64,000 nucleotides of DNA from the IMG/VR virus record IMGVR_UViG_3300017698_000019, positions 1 through 64,000 of that record, one strand, 5' to 3'. This DNA is from a virus. Positions 39,575-49,432 of this stretch are shown one piece after another; the stretch's first letter is position 1, and every line of letters starts with the position of its first letter. A program made the translations under genes and the position numbers. Under the pieces are notes generated by a model. That model worked only from the letters and a program-made list of their open reading frames with translations, did not search any database and was not told where the DNA came from.

Positions 39575-40099
39575 ATGGCGATCATCGTAGAAGACGCAAC
39601 AGGCCTCGCCACCGCAGAGTCTTACCTTTCCTATGTAGAATATGTCGCCTATTGGGCTGACCGTGGTGTCACGACCACGGCTGACGCTGGTACGCCTGAT
39701 GAGGCCACCACAGAGCCAAAGCTGCGCCTCGCCACCGAATACATCGACCTCCGCTGGGGCAAAGCTGCTCCTGGACTCCCGATCTCAGAGGATCAGGCTC
39801 TCTGCTTCCCAACAGATTATTTCATCGTTGATCCAGTCGCGCTGCCCATTCAATTGAAGAGGGCCACGGCTGAATATCTCCGCTACAGTCTGACCAACAA
39901 CTTGTTCCTTGACAATGACAGGTCAAATGGTCCAGGCATCAAATTGCTGAAAGAGAAAGTTGGTCCGATCGAGACTGAGACTGAATACTCAGGGTCTGGT
40001 CTCGGCGCTATCGGTGCCAAGTATCCCATTGTAACCAAGGCCGATGCACTTATGCGCCAGATCACTCAAGGGTCTGGTCAAGGAGGCGTTTACCGCTAA
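39575..40099 (+). CDS. head-tail adaptor (DnaT-like/gp6-like connector, putative)
   Basis: 174 aa. IIVEDATGLATAESYLSYVEYVAYWADRG is the typical adaptor N-terminus. Confidence 0.55.
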   Translation: MAIIVEDATGLATAESYLSYVEYVAYWADRGVTTTADAGTPDEATTEPKLRLATEYIDLRWGKAAPGLPISEDQALCFPTDYFIVDPVALPIQLKRATAEYLRYSLTNNLFLDNDRSNGPGIKLLKEKVGPIETETEYSGSGLGAIGAKYPIVTKADALMRQITQGSGQGGVYR

Positions 40100-40491
40100 T
40101 GGTTGACTACGTCAAACTCGCAGCAACGGCAGATCGCCTTATCACCGCTAACGGACGGTCGATTACTTTTGTTCGCAAGTCAGAAGTGGCGGCAGATCCT
40201 GATAAACCGTGGGGAGCCCAAGTGGGAGCGAATACAGAGTTCACCACGAACTCAGTCTTCGTCCCTCCGAACACGGTTCGTCAGTTCGGTCTTACTGCTC
40301 TTGGGCAAGGTACGGAGTTCGATGATCTCATCACGTTCTCTGACTATATTGGTATCTTCTTTCCTGGGACACAAGACATTCGTACTTTCACTCACGTCAT
40401 TGATGGAGCGGAAACGTTCGGCATCATTGGCCTGCAAATCCTGAAACCAGCAGACATTCAATTGCTTGGATTTGTGGGGATCCGCCGATGA
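40099..40491 (+). CDS. neck/head-closure protein (putative)
   Basis: 130 aa. TAATG coupling. Position between the adaptor and tail terminator. Confidence 0.45.
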   Translation: MVDYVKLAATADRLITANGRSITFVRKSEVAADPDKPWGAQVGANTEFTTNSVFVPPNTVRQFGLTALGQGTEFDDLITFSDYIGIFFPGTQDIRTFTHVIDGAETFGIIGLQILKPADIQLLGFVGIRR

Positions 40492-40904
40492 GCCTGACAT
40501 TCGCACAAGCAGTTGATGACATCAACAAAATGATGAAAGACACATGGGATCCAACAGGTTACGATCTGCATTGGGACAACGTGCGTGATCAGCGTGATAC
40601 CTCGGATGATCCTTGGGGAGTGTTTGTTATCAGACACGCTGCGGGACAGCAAGATAACCTCGGTGGAATTGGAAATCGCAACTTCGTGCGAACCGGAACA
40701 GCCATCGCATCAATATTCACTCCAACCGGAAATGGCTTGTCAGAGTCTTACGCATTGGCTAAAGTGGTGGCCGACGCATATGAGGGTCAGACATCGGAAA
40801 ATGGCGTATGGTTCAGAAATGTCCGTATGCAAGAAATCGGTCGAGAGAGCCAATTCTATCAAACCAACGTGCTCATTGATTTTGAGTATAACGAAACAAA
40901 GTAA
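40488..40904 (+). CDS. tail terminator/completion protein (DUF4128-like, putative)
   Basis: 138 aa. ATGA coupling. Immediately upstream of the tube gene. Confidence 0.5.
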   Translation: MSLTFAQAVDDINKMMKDTWDPTGYDLHWDNVRDQRDTSDDPWGVFVIRHAAGQQDNLGGIGNRNFVRTGTAIASIFTPTGNGLSESYALAKVVADAYEGQTSENGVWFRNVRMQEIGRESQFYQTNVLIDFEYNETK

Positions 40905-40915
40905 GGAGGCCTTAA

Positions 40916-42448
40916 ATGGCACAGGTCAATAAGATCGACTCCAATATCACGGGCCTCGCGTTTGCCGAGGAAGCCGTTCTTGGTAGTCTTCCAGGCGAGA
41001 ATGGTCAAGCGGGTACTCCTGTCTGGCACTCCCTCGCACCGAACAGCTACAACGACTTCGGCGGTGAAATCGTTACCGTGGCTCCAAACCCGATCAACCC
41101 TTCTCGTCAGCGCCGCAAAGGTGTTACGACTGACCTGAACGCATCTGGCGGGATCAATCAGAACTTCACGTTCTCCAACCTGTCCAATCTGATGCAAGGC
41201 ATCATGTTTGCTGATACCCGTGAAAAGGGCTACGAAGAACCGACTGCTGTCACTGGCTCCGTGTTTGAAGTTGCTTCGACCACAGGCTTCTTGGTCGGCA
41301 CCTTGATCAAAGGTCAGGATTTCACCAACGCTGGCAACAACGCTCTGCAAGTCGTGACAGCAATCGTCGCTGACACTTCGGTCGCAGTTGCAGCCACAGT
41401 CGTGGAAGCTTCTCCTCCTGCCCGTGCGAATATTCGCAACGTCGGCCATGAGGGCGCAACAGCAGACATTGAAGTCGACAACGCTGGCACCCTGCCTGCT
41501 CTGACGTCTACCGTTCTGGACTTCACCACCCTCGGGCTGGTCGAAGGTCAATGGGTGTTTGTCGGCGGCGACAATGCTTCCAATCGTTTCACCAATGCTG
41601 CGAACAACGGTTTCAAGCGGGTTCGCTCGATTGCTGCGCAGCGACTTGAGTTCGACAAGTCTGACGCAACGATGATCACGGAAGCTGGCACTGGCCTCGA
41701 TATTCGTATCTTCTTCGGTGATGTCATCCGCAACGAAACCGGCTCGCTGATCAAGCGTCGCTCGTACAATGTTGAACGTCTCTTGGGCGCTCCCGACGAT
41801 GCCTCACCTGCTCAGATCCAATCAGAAGTCCTGATCGGTGCGGTTCCGAATGAATTCACCCTGAATGTTCCATCGGCTGATCTGCTGAATGCAGATGTCA
41901 CTTTCGTGGCCACGGACAACGCTCAGCGTGATGGGGCAACTGGACCCAAGCAGACAAGCGTTCTGGCTCCGTTCACTGCGAAGGAATACAACACTTCGTC
42001 TGACGTCAACCGCATCCGGCTGTCGACAGTATCGCAAGTGGACGCGGCTCCTGCCGCTCTGTTCGCCTTCGTCACGGAAGCGACTATCAGTATCAACAAC
42101 AACGTCACGCCTAACAAGGCGGTCGGTGTTCTCGGTGCATTCGATGTGACTGCTGGTACGTTCACTGTCTCAGGCAACCTCACCGCTTACTTCTCCAATG
42201 TTACAGCGGTTCAGGCGGTTCGCAACAACTCCGACGTCACGCTGGATATGGGCTTCGTTCGGGACAATCAGGGTGTCATCTTTGACTTCCCGCTCATCTC
42301 ACTCGGCGATGGCCGTCTGAACATTGAGGTTGACCAACCGATCACCCTGCCTCTGGCAACTGACATGGCTTCTGGTGAGGACGTCGCAGCGGCTCTCAAC
42401 CATACCATGTTGCTGACTTACTTCAATTACCTGCCGAACGCAGCGTAA
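40916..42448 (+). CDS. major tail (tube) protein, large form
   Basis: 510 aa. AAGGAGG RBS. Lies between the terminator protein and the chaperone genes. Confidence 0.6.
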   Translation: MAQVNKIDSNITGLAFAEEAVLGSLPGENGQAGTPVWHSLAPNSYNDFGGEIVTVAPNPINPSRQRRKGVTTDLNASGGINQNFTFSNLSNLMQGIMFADTREKGYEEPTAVTGSVFEVASTTGFLVGTLIKGQDFTNAGNNALQVVTAIVADTSVAVAATVVEASPPARANIRNVGHEGATADIEVDNAGTLPALTSTVLDFTTLGLVEGQWVFVGGDNASNRFTNAANNGFKRVRSIAAQRLEFDKSDATMITEAGTGLDIRIFFGDVIRNETGSLIKRRSYNVERLLGAPDDASPAQIQSEVLIGAVPNEFTLNVPSADLLNADVTFVATDNAQRDGATGPKQTSVLAPFTAKEYNTSSDVNRIRLSTVSQVDAAPAALFAFVTEATISINNNVTPNKAVGVLGAFDVTAGTFTVSGNLTAYFSNVTAVQAVRNNSDVTLDMGFVRDNQGVIFDFPLISLGDGRLNIEVDQPITLPLATDMASGEDVAAALNHTMLLTYFNYLPNAA

Positions 42449-42509
42449 GATAACCTCCCCCGAGGGCGTCCTGTAATGGGGCGTCCTCAAAATAACCCAA
42501 GAAGGAAAT

Positions 42510-42959
42510 ATGAAAATGGGAATGTACGACACCTTTGAAACCGATCAAGAACTTGAGGCCAATGGCGTCTGGCTTGATTACGGTGACTTCCGCGTTCTGC
42601 TTGCCTCTGCTGGTCAGGGCAACAAGAACTATGTTCGCTATGCTGAGAAGAAACTCAAGCCTGTGCGCCGCGCTCTTGAGTCCGGTGCTCTGAGCAACGA
42701 ACGTTCGCAGGCTCTGATGGCTGACATCTACGCCAAGACGATTATCCTGTCGTGGGAAACCATGCAGGGCGAAGGTGACAAGAAAGCCATGAAGGTCGGC
42801 ATTGAAGGTCGCGATGGAAAGATCTTGCCTTTCAATGAAACCAACGTGGAACAGGCTCTTCTCAACCTGCCCCGTTTGTTCATGGATCTGCAAGAGCAGG
42901 CCGCATCGCTCGCAAATTTCCGCAAGGGGGAAATGGAGGAAGAGGGAAAAAACTCGTAG
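42510..42959 (+). CDS. tail assembly chaperone (G-like)
   Basis: 149 aa. Acidic C-terminus. Slippery site at its 3' end. Confidence 0.7.
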   Translation: MKMGMYDTFETDQELEANGVWLDYGDFRVLLASAGQGNKNYVRYAEKKLKPVRRALESGALSNERSQALMADIYAKTIILSWETMQGEGDKKAMKVGIEGRDGKILPFNETNVEQALLNLPRLFMDLQEQAASLANFRKGEMEEEGKNS

Positions 42960-43273
42960 AGTTCCTGTCCTACCAGTTAGTTCAGGGACCGTCAGAACAA
43001 GCGATCATTGAGCAGTGCGTTAGGACTGGTTGGGATCTGCCTGAAAAGATAGCCAATGCCCCTAGCCTTCTTCCGGGCCTTGAACTATACTACATCGGGT
43101 TCATGGACCTTATCGCCTCAAGGCAAATGGGGATGGCAGCGGGTCCGATATGGTGGGGAACAGTACAGGAATATTGCGAGAAGCGTGGTTATGACGAAGA
43201 TCAAACCGAAGCCATGCACTCACACATAAGGGATATGGACTTAGCGTATCTTAAACAAATCGGGAAGAAGTGA
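42510..43273 (+). CDS. tail assembly chaperone -1 frameshift product (G-T-like)
   Basis: The -1 frame is open from 42947 to TGA 43271-73 (~107 codons, KKLVEFLSYQLVQGPSEQAIIEQC...). It has no upstream start of its own. Confidence 0.65.
42947..42953 (+). other. -1 programmed ribosomal frameshift slippery heptamer A_AAA_AAC
   Basis: The zero frame reads GGA AAA AAC TCG TAG. This is the canonical X_XXY_YYZ pattern, 4 nt before the stop. Confidence 0.65.
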
Positions 43274-43277
43274 GTGA

Positions 43278-43730
43278 ATGGCTACTCTGGCACAATTCTC
43301 TAGGAACATCAGGCGGCGGGGTACTCAGGTTGAGAACTCCGCCACTCGTGTCGTTAAGGCAGTCTCTGTACGTGCCTTGAAGAGTCTTGTCCGGAACACA
43401 CCTGTTGATAAAGGTGTCGCTCGCTCTAACTGGCGTGTCGGTCTCGGCGCTCCAACTCGCTCCGTCATTGGTGCTTATGCTCCTGGAAAGAAACTCGGTA
43501 TTGGTGAGACTGCAAACGCCGCTGCCGCTATCAATGCGGGTCGCGCTCGCATCAACTCTGTTCGTGGAACCTCTAGTGGTTTGACGACTGCAATCTATAT
43601 CAGCAATGCTGTCCCCTATATCGGACGGCTCAACTCAGGCTATTCAGGTCAGGCTCCAGCAGGGTTCGTTCAAACCGCTCTGCTTGAAGCAAAGGCGGAA
43701 CTTGCTGGATTTAGGGTGTTTAGTCGCTAA
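43278..43730 (+). CDS. HK97 gp10-like tail-completion family protein
   Basis: 150 aa. RNTPVDKGVARSNWRV matches the gp10-family tPvdTG.lr.sW motif. Confidence 0.55.
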   Translation: MATLAQFSRNIRRRGTQVENSATRVVKAVSVRALKSLVRNTPVDKGVARSNWRVGLGAPTRSVIGAYAPGKKLGIGETANAAAAINAGRARINSVRGTSSGLTTAIYISNAVPYIGRLNSGYSGQAPAGFVQTALLEAKAELAGFRVFSR

Positions 43731-46700
43731 TGGTTACAGAAAACGTTGATATCAGATTTCGGGAAACTGGTGCGAGAGTAATCAAGCGCAGGATCGACGA
43801 AATCGGTGTAGCGGCGAACAACGCTACTCGCGGCATCTTCCTGATGCAACGTGCTCTCTTCGTCTTGGGCGGAGCAGGGATCCTTCGTGCGCTCACACGC
43901 CAGCTTGATACACTAACAAACTATGAGAACCGTCTTCGTCTGACTGCATCCAGTGCGCAAAACCTTGAAGAAGTTCAGACCCGTTTGTTCCAGGTTGCAA
44001 GGGATAGCCGCACAGGCTTTGAAGCTGTCGCTGATATCTATAGCAGGACTGCACTTTCGGTCCGAGAACTCGGCATCTCGCAGGCTGAAACTCTTCGGTT
44101 CACTGAAAGCCTCTCCAAAGCAACCATCATCTCTGGTGCGTCATCTCGAGAGGCACACGCTGCCTTGATCCAGCTTGGACAAGGTATGGCATCTAACACA
44201 CTTAGAGGTGATGAACTTCGATCCGTTCTGGAACAGTTGCCATTCGTTGCTGATGTTATCGCGAAGAGCCTCGGTGTAACTCGTGGTGAATTGCGTGAAC
44301 TTGGGGCTGACGGTAAGATCTCAGCAGAAACCATTCTCGAAGCATTCCGTAACGCGGAAGCTGAGATCGATCAACTGTTTGCGAACACTGTCCCGACAAT
44401 CAGTCAAGCCCTGTCGGTAGCGAATACTAACTGGCTCGAGTTCCTAGATAGTCTGGATGATGCAACTGATGGTTCGGCGAAGCTGGCCAAAGCGATCATT
44501 GTTCTGTCTGAGAACATCGGACTGATCCTCGGTACTCTTGGGTCACTCGCACTCGCTCTGGCGGCAACGTTCGTTGGTAAAGCAATCACTGGCATCGGCA
44601 ACTATATCGCAGGATTGCGTGGCGCGGCTCTGGCTTCGACCCGTCTGCTGGAAATCGAAAACATCAGAGCAACAACCTCTGTTCGCAACAATTCTATCGC
44701 AGTCGCTGCTAATGCCCAAAGACAGGTAGAACTCCAGCAACGTCTCGCTCTGATCGGTGTTCAAAAGGCTCAGTTGCAACAGACTGTTCTGGATACTCAG
44801 TTCACTGTGGCTAATGGTCGCGCTCGGAATATCGCTACTGGACAGTTCGTTTCCCTATCTGCTGCGAAAGCAAATCTGTCACGTGTGACACAACAGCTTT
44901 CAATTGTGGAAAACGCTGAACTTGCGACCGCTGGGAGGCTTGCTGGAGCAAGGGCAGCGCAAACCGCAGCCACCACCAGCGCAGCCGCCGCTAATAGCCG
45001 CCTAGCCGCAGCACAGGCAGCGCAGGGGGCCACAACGGCACGGCTTACCGCCCTATTTCCAACGCTGGCTGGCGCAATTGGCCGTGTCGGCGCTTCTCTC
45101 GGCAGTTTGGCCGCATTTATCGGTCCGCTTGGTCTCATCGCCATTGCGGTCGGCGCAGTCGTGACAGCATTCGTTCTGTGGGGCAACGAGATTAAGGTGA
45201 CAGCAGATGGCGTGGTTGGTCTCAGGGACTTCGTGGTCGCAGCATTCCAATTGATGATGGAAGCAATTGCTCCAGTGGCCACTTTCTTGAGAGAACAGAT
45301 TGGCGGGGCTATCTCTTCAGTCATTGGCTTCTTCGCAAGTCTCAGTGATGAAGTTGGAACCGTCATGAAGTTTGTGGCCAATGTGGTGTTCGATACATTC
45401 ACCTTCTTCCCGAGAGTTGCAATCTCAGCAATCGCCGGTATCGTGGCTGTGTTCCCAACTCTGCCTCAGGCCGCAGCAGCCGCCGCGACTTCTCTGGCTA
45501 ACGCTCTGATCTCTGGCTTTGAAGCATTTGCCAATGGGGCGATTGAAGCGATCAACAAAGTTATCAGAGCCATCAACGCTCTGGTATCGTTTGTTGGAGG
45601 TGACAAGGCAGCAGAACTCTTTGGGTTCTCAGGTCAGATTGGTGAAATTGGTGATATCGCACTAAGTCGCTTTGAAAGTGAATATGCTGGAGCAGGAGCC
45701 GCAGCAGCAGACGCATTTGGTGACGCATTCACCAGCACCTTTGAAGCAACCAACCTCGAGAACACAGTCGGTGCAATTGGTTCTGCTCTGGAGCCGATCG
45801 GTACAGCTATCACAAATCGTGCTCGTGAAAACATTGATGCTGCGGCACAAGCGGCGCTTGATGCACAAAGCACGATTGACAATGTTCCACCCCGCACGGC
45901 TCCCCCTGGAAGCGGAGGAAATACTGGAGGCGGACGCGGTGGCGGTGCTCAGCAGGCGGATTTCGCCAGTATCATCGCTGGAATGAACCAAGAAATCGAA
46001 TTGCTGCGCCTCTCTAACAAAGAGCGTCGTATTCAAGAAGGTCTCCTTGGAATTGAGAAAGAACTCAAGCGTAGCCTGACTGACAGTGAAAGAGAACTTG
46101 CGACAGCCACACTGGAAGCTGTTCGCGCCGCAGAAGTTCAAGCAGATGTCTTGCAAAGCATCATTGGTCCTCGTGAAGAGATCAAGGAACAGCAAGAAGC
46201 ACTCAACGCTCTGTTTGATCAGGGTCGCATTGGTATCGAAGACTATACCACAGCAATTCGTGAAATGCAGGTCGCAGCAGACGAAGCTTCTGGTACAATG
46301 TTCGGCGGGTTCCGAGCGTCTATCAATAGCGCAATCATGAGCGCACAAGAACTAGGGTCTGCCCTTGGTGATATCGTTGTCGGCGCAGCCGATAGTGCAG
46401 CGGACGCAATTGTAGAATTCGCTAAGACTGGTAAACTCAACGTTCGTGAGTTCTTCTTCGACCTGTTTGCGCAGATCACTAAACTGATCGCCAAGCAACT
46501 CATTCTCAAGGCTCTCGGTGGCCTGTTCGGCGGGTTCGCAGGTGGCGGTAGCATTGGTCCGAGCAGTGGTCTCGGCTTCGCAGGCGGCGGATCAATCAAT
46601 CCAACTGGACCGGGATCAACTGATAGTCAGATCGTTCAGTTCGCAAAACGTCCAGACGAGCGTGTGGATATTCTCACTCCTGGGCAACAACAAGCCCAAA

Positions 46701-46882
46701 GAAACAACATGCAGGGACAAGGTGGCGGTCAGACCGTTGTTCAGTCTCCGCCTGTAAACGTAGCGGCGGTGCTCTCACCTAGTGATATTACCAATGCTTT
46801 TGATAACGCCGATGGTGAAACAGTCGTGATCAACATTCTGTCACGCAACGCTTCAACCGTTCGTCAACTGGTAGGTGGATAA
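43730..46882 (+). CDS. tail tape measure protein
   Basis: 1050 aa. Core block GASSREAHAALIQLGQGMASNTLRGDELRSVLEQLPFVADVIAKSLGVTRGELRELGADGKISAETILEAF. TM segments and Ala/Gly-rich repeats. Confidence 0.9.
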   Translation: MVTENVDIRFRETGARVIKRRIDEIGVAANNATRGIFLMQRALFVLGGAGILRALTRQLDTLTNYENRLRLTASSAQNLEEVQTRLFQVARDSRTGFEAVADIYSRTALSVRELGISQAETLRFTESLSKATIISGASSREAHAALIQLGQGMASNTLRGDELRSVLEQLPFVADVIAKSLGVTRGELRELGADGKISAETILEAFRNAEAEIDQLFANTVPTISQALSVANTNWLEFLDSLDDATDGSAKLAKAIIVLSENIGLILGTLGSLALALAATFVGKAITGIGNYIAGLRGAALASTRLLEIENIRATTSVRNNSIAVAANAQRQVELQQRLALIGVQKAQLQQTVLDTQFTVANGRARNIATGQFVSLSAAKANLSRVTQQLSIVENAELATAGRLAGARAAQTAATTSAAAANSRLAAAQAAQGATTARLTALFPTLAGAIGRVGASLGSLAAFIGPLGLIAIAVGAVVTAFVLWGNEIKVTADGVVGLRDFVVAAFQLMMEAIAPVATFLREQIGGAISSVIGFFASLSDEVGTVMKFVANVVFDTFTFFPRVAISAIAGIVAVFPTLPQAAAAAATSLANALISGFEAFANGAIEAINKVIRAINALVSFVGGDKAAELFGFSGQIGEIGDIALSRFESEYAGAGAAAADAFGDAFTSTFEATNLENTVGAIGSALEPIGTAITNRARENIDAAAQAALDAQSTIDNVPPRTAPPGSGGNTGGGRGGGAQQADFASIIAGMNQEIELLRLSNKERRIQEGLLGIEKELKRSLTDSERELATATLEAVRAAEVQADVLQSIIGPREEIKEQQEALNALFDQGRIGIEDYTTAIREMQVAADEASGTMFGGFRASINSAIMSAQELGSALGDIVVGAADSAADAIVEFAKTGKLNVREFFFDLFAQITKLIAKQLILKALGGLFGGFAGGGSIGPSSGLGFAGGGSINPTGPGSTDSQIVQFAKRPDERVDILTPGQQQAQRNNMQGQGGGQTVVQSPPVNVAAVLSPSDITNAFDNADGETVVINILSRNASTVRQLVGG

Positions 46883-48369
46883 TGCCCTTTACTTCTGGAA
46901 CCGTTCAAACAGTGACAAAGCTTCTGGATGCGATGAACACGCATCTGGTGGCCAATAGCTGGACAAAGCTTCGCGGTGAAACTGATATGGCTGTTGCCTC
47001 GCCCAAGGCAGCGCGATACTGGAGAATTCTAGTATGGGAGATTGAGTCCACTGGTGAAGATTATCGTGAATGTGATCTGTTCGCCTTGAAGACCGTACTC
47101 GGCGGCGCTGTGGTTTCCACAACAGGGACTTACACCTGTTCATCAGTTCAGTCTGGAACACTGGCAAATCTCGACACTGGTGGAGCCGCTATTCGTTCTG
47201 CAGACATTGATGATCAACCTTGGTGGATCAAGTATGATCATGGTTCTCCTATCACAATTCGCGAGTTTGATTATACTGCAATTGATGACAACGAAGCGCC
47301 TCGCGACTTCGCAATTCAGTGGTCCAATGATGATGTGACTTGGACCACTATGGCTGAGTGGAATGCTCAATCATGGGTTGCTGCTGAGACCAAGACCTTC
47401 TCATTCGGTGACGGTACTCTCTTCAGTGAACATCAATCTGCTACAGAGCCTCGCCGCTCAGGTCGTTTTGAAGATGAAGATAACAATGGCAACTTGACGT
47501 CTAGCTGGCGTCGACATATGAATGAAGATCATTGGGTCTGGCAGGGTGATGGATATGACGCTACTCGCCGAGTTTATCTTCATGCCCGTGGTCACAGTCG
47601 TACTTCCAGTTCCATTTCTTGGATTGAATGGGATTTCGCTGTTGAACATGATGTTCTGAAACCAATCTGGAACCAGCAAATCGGAACAAGTAATCTTAAA
47701 CGAGCTCATTTGATGGGATCGGGTGAGATTGATTATTGGTTCTACACCAACTCCAAACGCATGATCCTTGTGACGAGAACAGGTTCTCAGGATTATGCCT
47801 GCACTTATATCGGGTTTCATTCAGCTTTCGCTACTCCTGATGATTATCCTTTCCCACTGAGCATTCTCACAACCTCTTATGAGGGTGACAGTGTCAGTAT
47901 CTCAGACTTCAATGCGAGGTTCTCAGTTCCAGATGAAGTTGGTCAAAGTGGTTCTGTTGTTCGTTTGTGGGACTCTACCTTTACCTATCCTTATAACAGA
48001 GTCTCAAACGCTACTTCAAATCTGGAAGCACAGTATCCTTCAGAAGCATGGATCTGGCCCAAGCACAATGGGAACACTCAGCGTGAAAACTGGCCGAGCC
48101 AATGGGGCGGGGATTACGCTGACAACAATCCTCCGAATGGCTGGAACTTTATTTCCAAGACTGCTCAGGATGATATTCCATTCATTCCCGCTACGATCCA
48201 ACATGAAACCTATGGAAACATCGGAGTATTGGATGGGTTGTTTTCTGTTCCGGGTGCTGGTAGTTTGACACCAACGCAGATCATCAATATCGGCGGTCAG
48301 GATTATCGGATCTTCCCCAACAGGAACCGCCGAGCCGATAGCAACTGGTTCGCCATTCGAGAGGATTAA
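46882..48369 (+). CDS. distal tail protein with discoidin (F5/8 type C)-like domain
   Basis: 495 aa. ARYWRILVWEIES...DDQPWWIKYDHGSPITIREFDYTAIDDNEAPRDFAIQWSNDDVTWTTMAEW. Confidence 0.55.
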   Translation: MPFTSGTVQTVTKLLDAMNTHLVANSWTKLRGETDMAVASPKAARYWRILVWEIESTGEDYRECDLFALKTVLGGAVVSTTGTYTCSSVQSGTLANLDTGGAAIRSADIDDQPWWIKYDHGSPITIREFDYTAIDDNEAPRDFAIQWSNDDVTWTTMAEWNAQSWVAAETKTFSFGDGTLFSEHQSATEPRRSGRFEDEDNNGNLTSSWRRHMNEDHWVWQGDGYDATRRVYLHARGHSRTSSSISWIEWDFAVEHDVLKPIWNQQIGTSNLKRAHLMGSGEIDYWFYTNSKRMILVTRTGSQDYACTYIGFHSAFATPDDYPFPLSILTTSYEGDSVSISDFNARFSVPDEVGQSGSVVRLWDSTFTYPYNRVSNATSNLEAQYPSEAWIWPKHNGNTQRENWPSQWGGDYADNNPPNGWNFISKTAQDDIPFIPATIQHETYGNIGVLDGLFSVPGAGSLTPTQIINIGGQDYRIFPNRNRRADSNWFAIRED

Positions 48370-48370
48370 C

Positions 48371-49432
48371 ATGACTGTTTCAACTGGATCCGGCGACTAC
48401 GTTGCGTTGATGGGTGCAATCTTGACCCACGCCATCACTGATGGGTGGACAACGACTGGTGGAACATGGCCTATCAATAAAGGTAATGTTCGAGGAGTTG
48501 ATTGGACTACCTTCACGCAATCAGAGAATGATTTCACTCTTCTCGGTGGAGCAACCAAAACTGCTCGCTATGTGCGTATCGGTATCGGAACCTCTGGCGC
48601 AAATGCTACCGCGAACGCTGCTCTCGGCACAGCCGCCCATTGCCCAAACATGGAATACACTTTCACATCATGGACTATTTACTCAGATCCTTCTCTGTGT
48701 GATTATATCCATGTTGTGGTCAATTTCTCCAACGGCGTCAACGGTGACTGCTATATGCACTTCGGCTTTGGAGAACTTGACAAGAAAGGCATGGGTCACA
48801 CGGCTGTCGTTTATGCGACTTGCCATGCCAAGAGAGCATATTCTGAATTGAACACCGCAACTGGTAACTCTTCAAGAGACTGGAATGGAGGTCTTTTCGG
48901 TTCAACTGCTCACGGTTTCACAGGAGAACTTCGTTACAACTGGTCAGATTACAATTACACTAATCCAAGCTGCTGGATTATTGATGGAACTATCTCTCCT
49001 GTGTTTGTTGGCTGGCCAGCCGTTGACACAGTGCTGGATCCACATACTGCCATGGACACACTATCTGTTCATAACTCATCGGTTTCTACCATGAATTCTT
49101 CTGGTAGACGAACAGAGCAATTGGCTTGGGGTCCGGCGACTGGTGCTTGTTTCTTCACTCCTCAGCCTTATTCTGGTGCGATCACGATGTCTCCCTTGGG
49201 CTTTTGGCTTGCCCAGAACGGAACATCAACTGGTCTGATCATGTATCTGGGAGACTTTCCGAATATTCGTTCTTGCAATCTGCGAACTTACGCCGCTGGT
49301 GATACAGTGACTTATTCAGCCGAGAATTGGAATTTGTGGCCGATGCTCAGACTTGGTGAAGAGAGTCTCCTCCATTCAGCTAACCATGTCGGTTCCGGCT
49401 ACGCAGGGTTCGCCCATAAGCGAGTTGTCTAA
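48371..49432 (+). CDS. tail protein
   Basis: 353 aa. In the tail-tip block. Confidence 0.5.
   Translation: MTVSTGSGDYVALMGAILTHAITDGWTTTGGTWPINKGNVRGVDWTTFTQSENDFTLLGGATKTARYVRIGIGTSGANATANAALGTAAHCPNMEYTFTSWTIYSDPSLCDYIHVVVNFSNGVNGDCYMHFGFGELDKKGMGHTAVVYATCHAKRAYSELNTATGNSSRDWNGGLFGSTAHGFTGELRYNWSDYNYTNPSCWIIDGTISPVFVGWPAVDTVLDPHTAMDTLSVHNSSVSTMNSSGRRTEQLAWGPATGACFFTPQPYSGAITMSPLGFWLAQNGTSTGLIMYLGDFPNIRSCNLRTYAAGDTVTYSAENWNLWPMLRLGEESLLHSANHVGSGYAGFAHKRVV

Noticed and set aside
42449-42509. Terminator after the major tail gene (GAGGGCGTCCTGTAATGGGGCGTCCTC).
   Set aside because: The two GGGCGTCCT blocks are direct repeats, not inverted. Only a 4-bp CCTC/GAGG hairpin exists.
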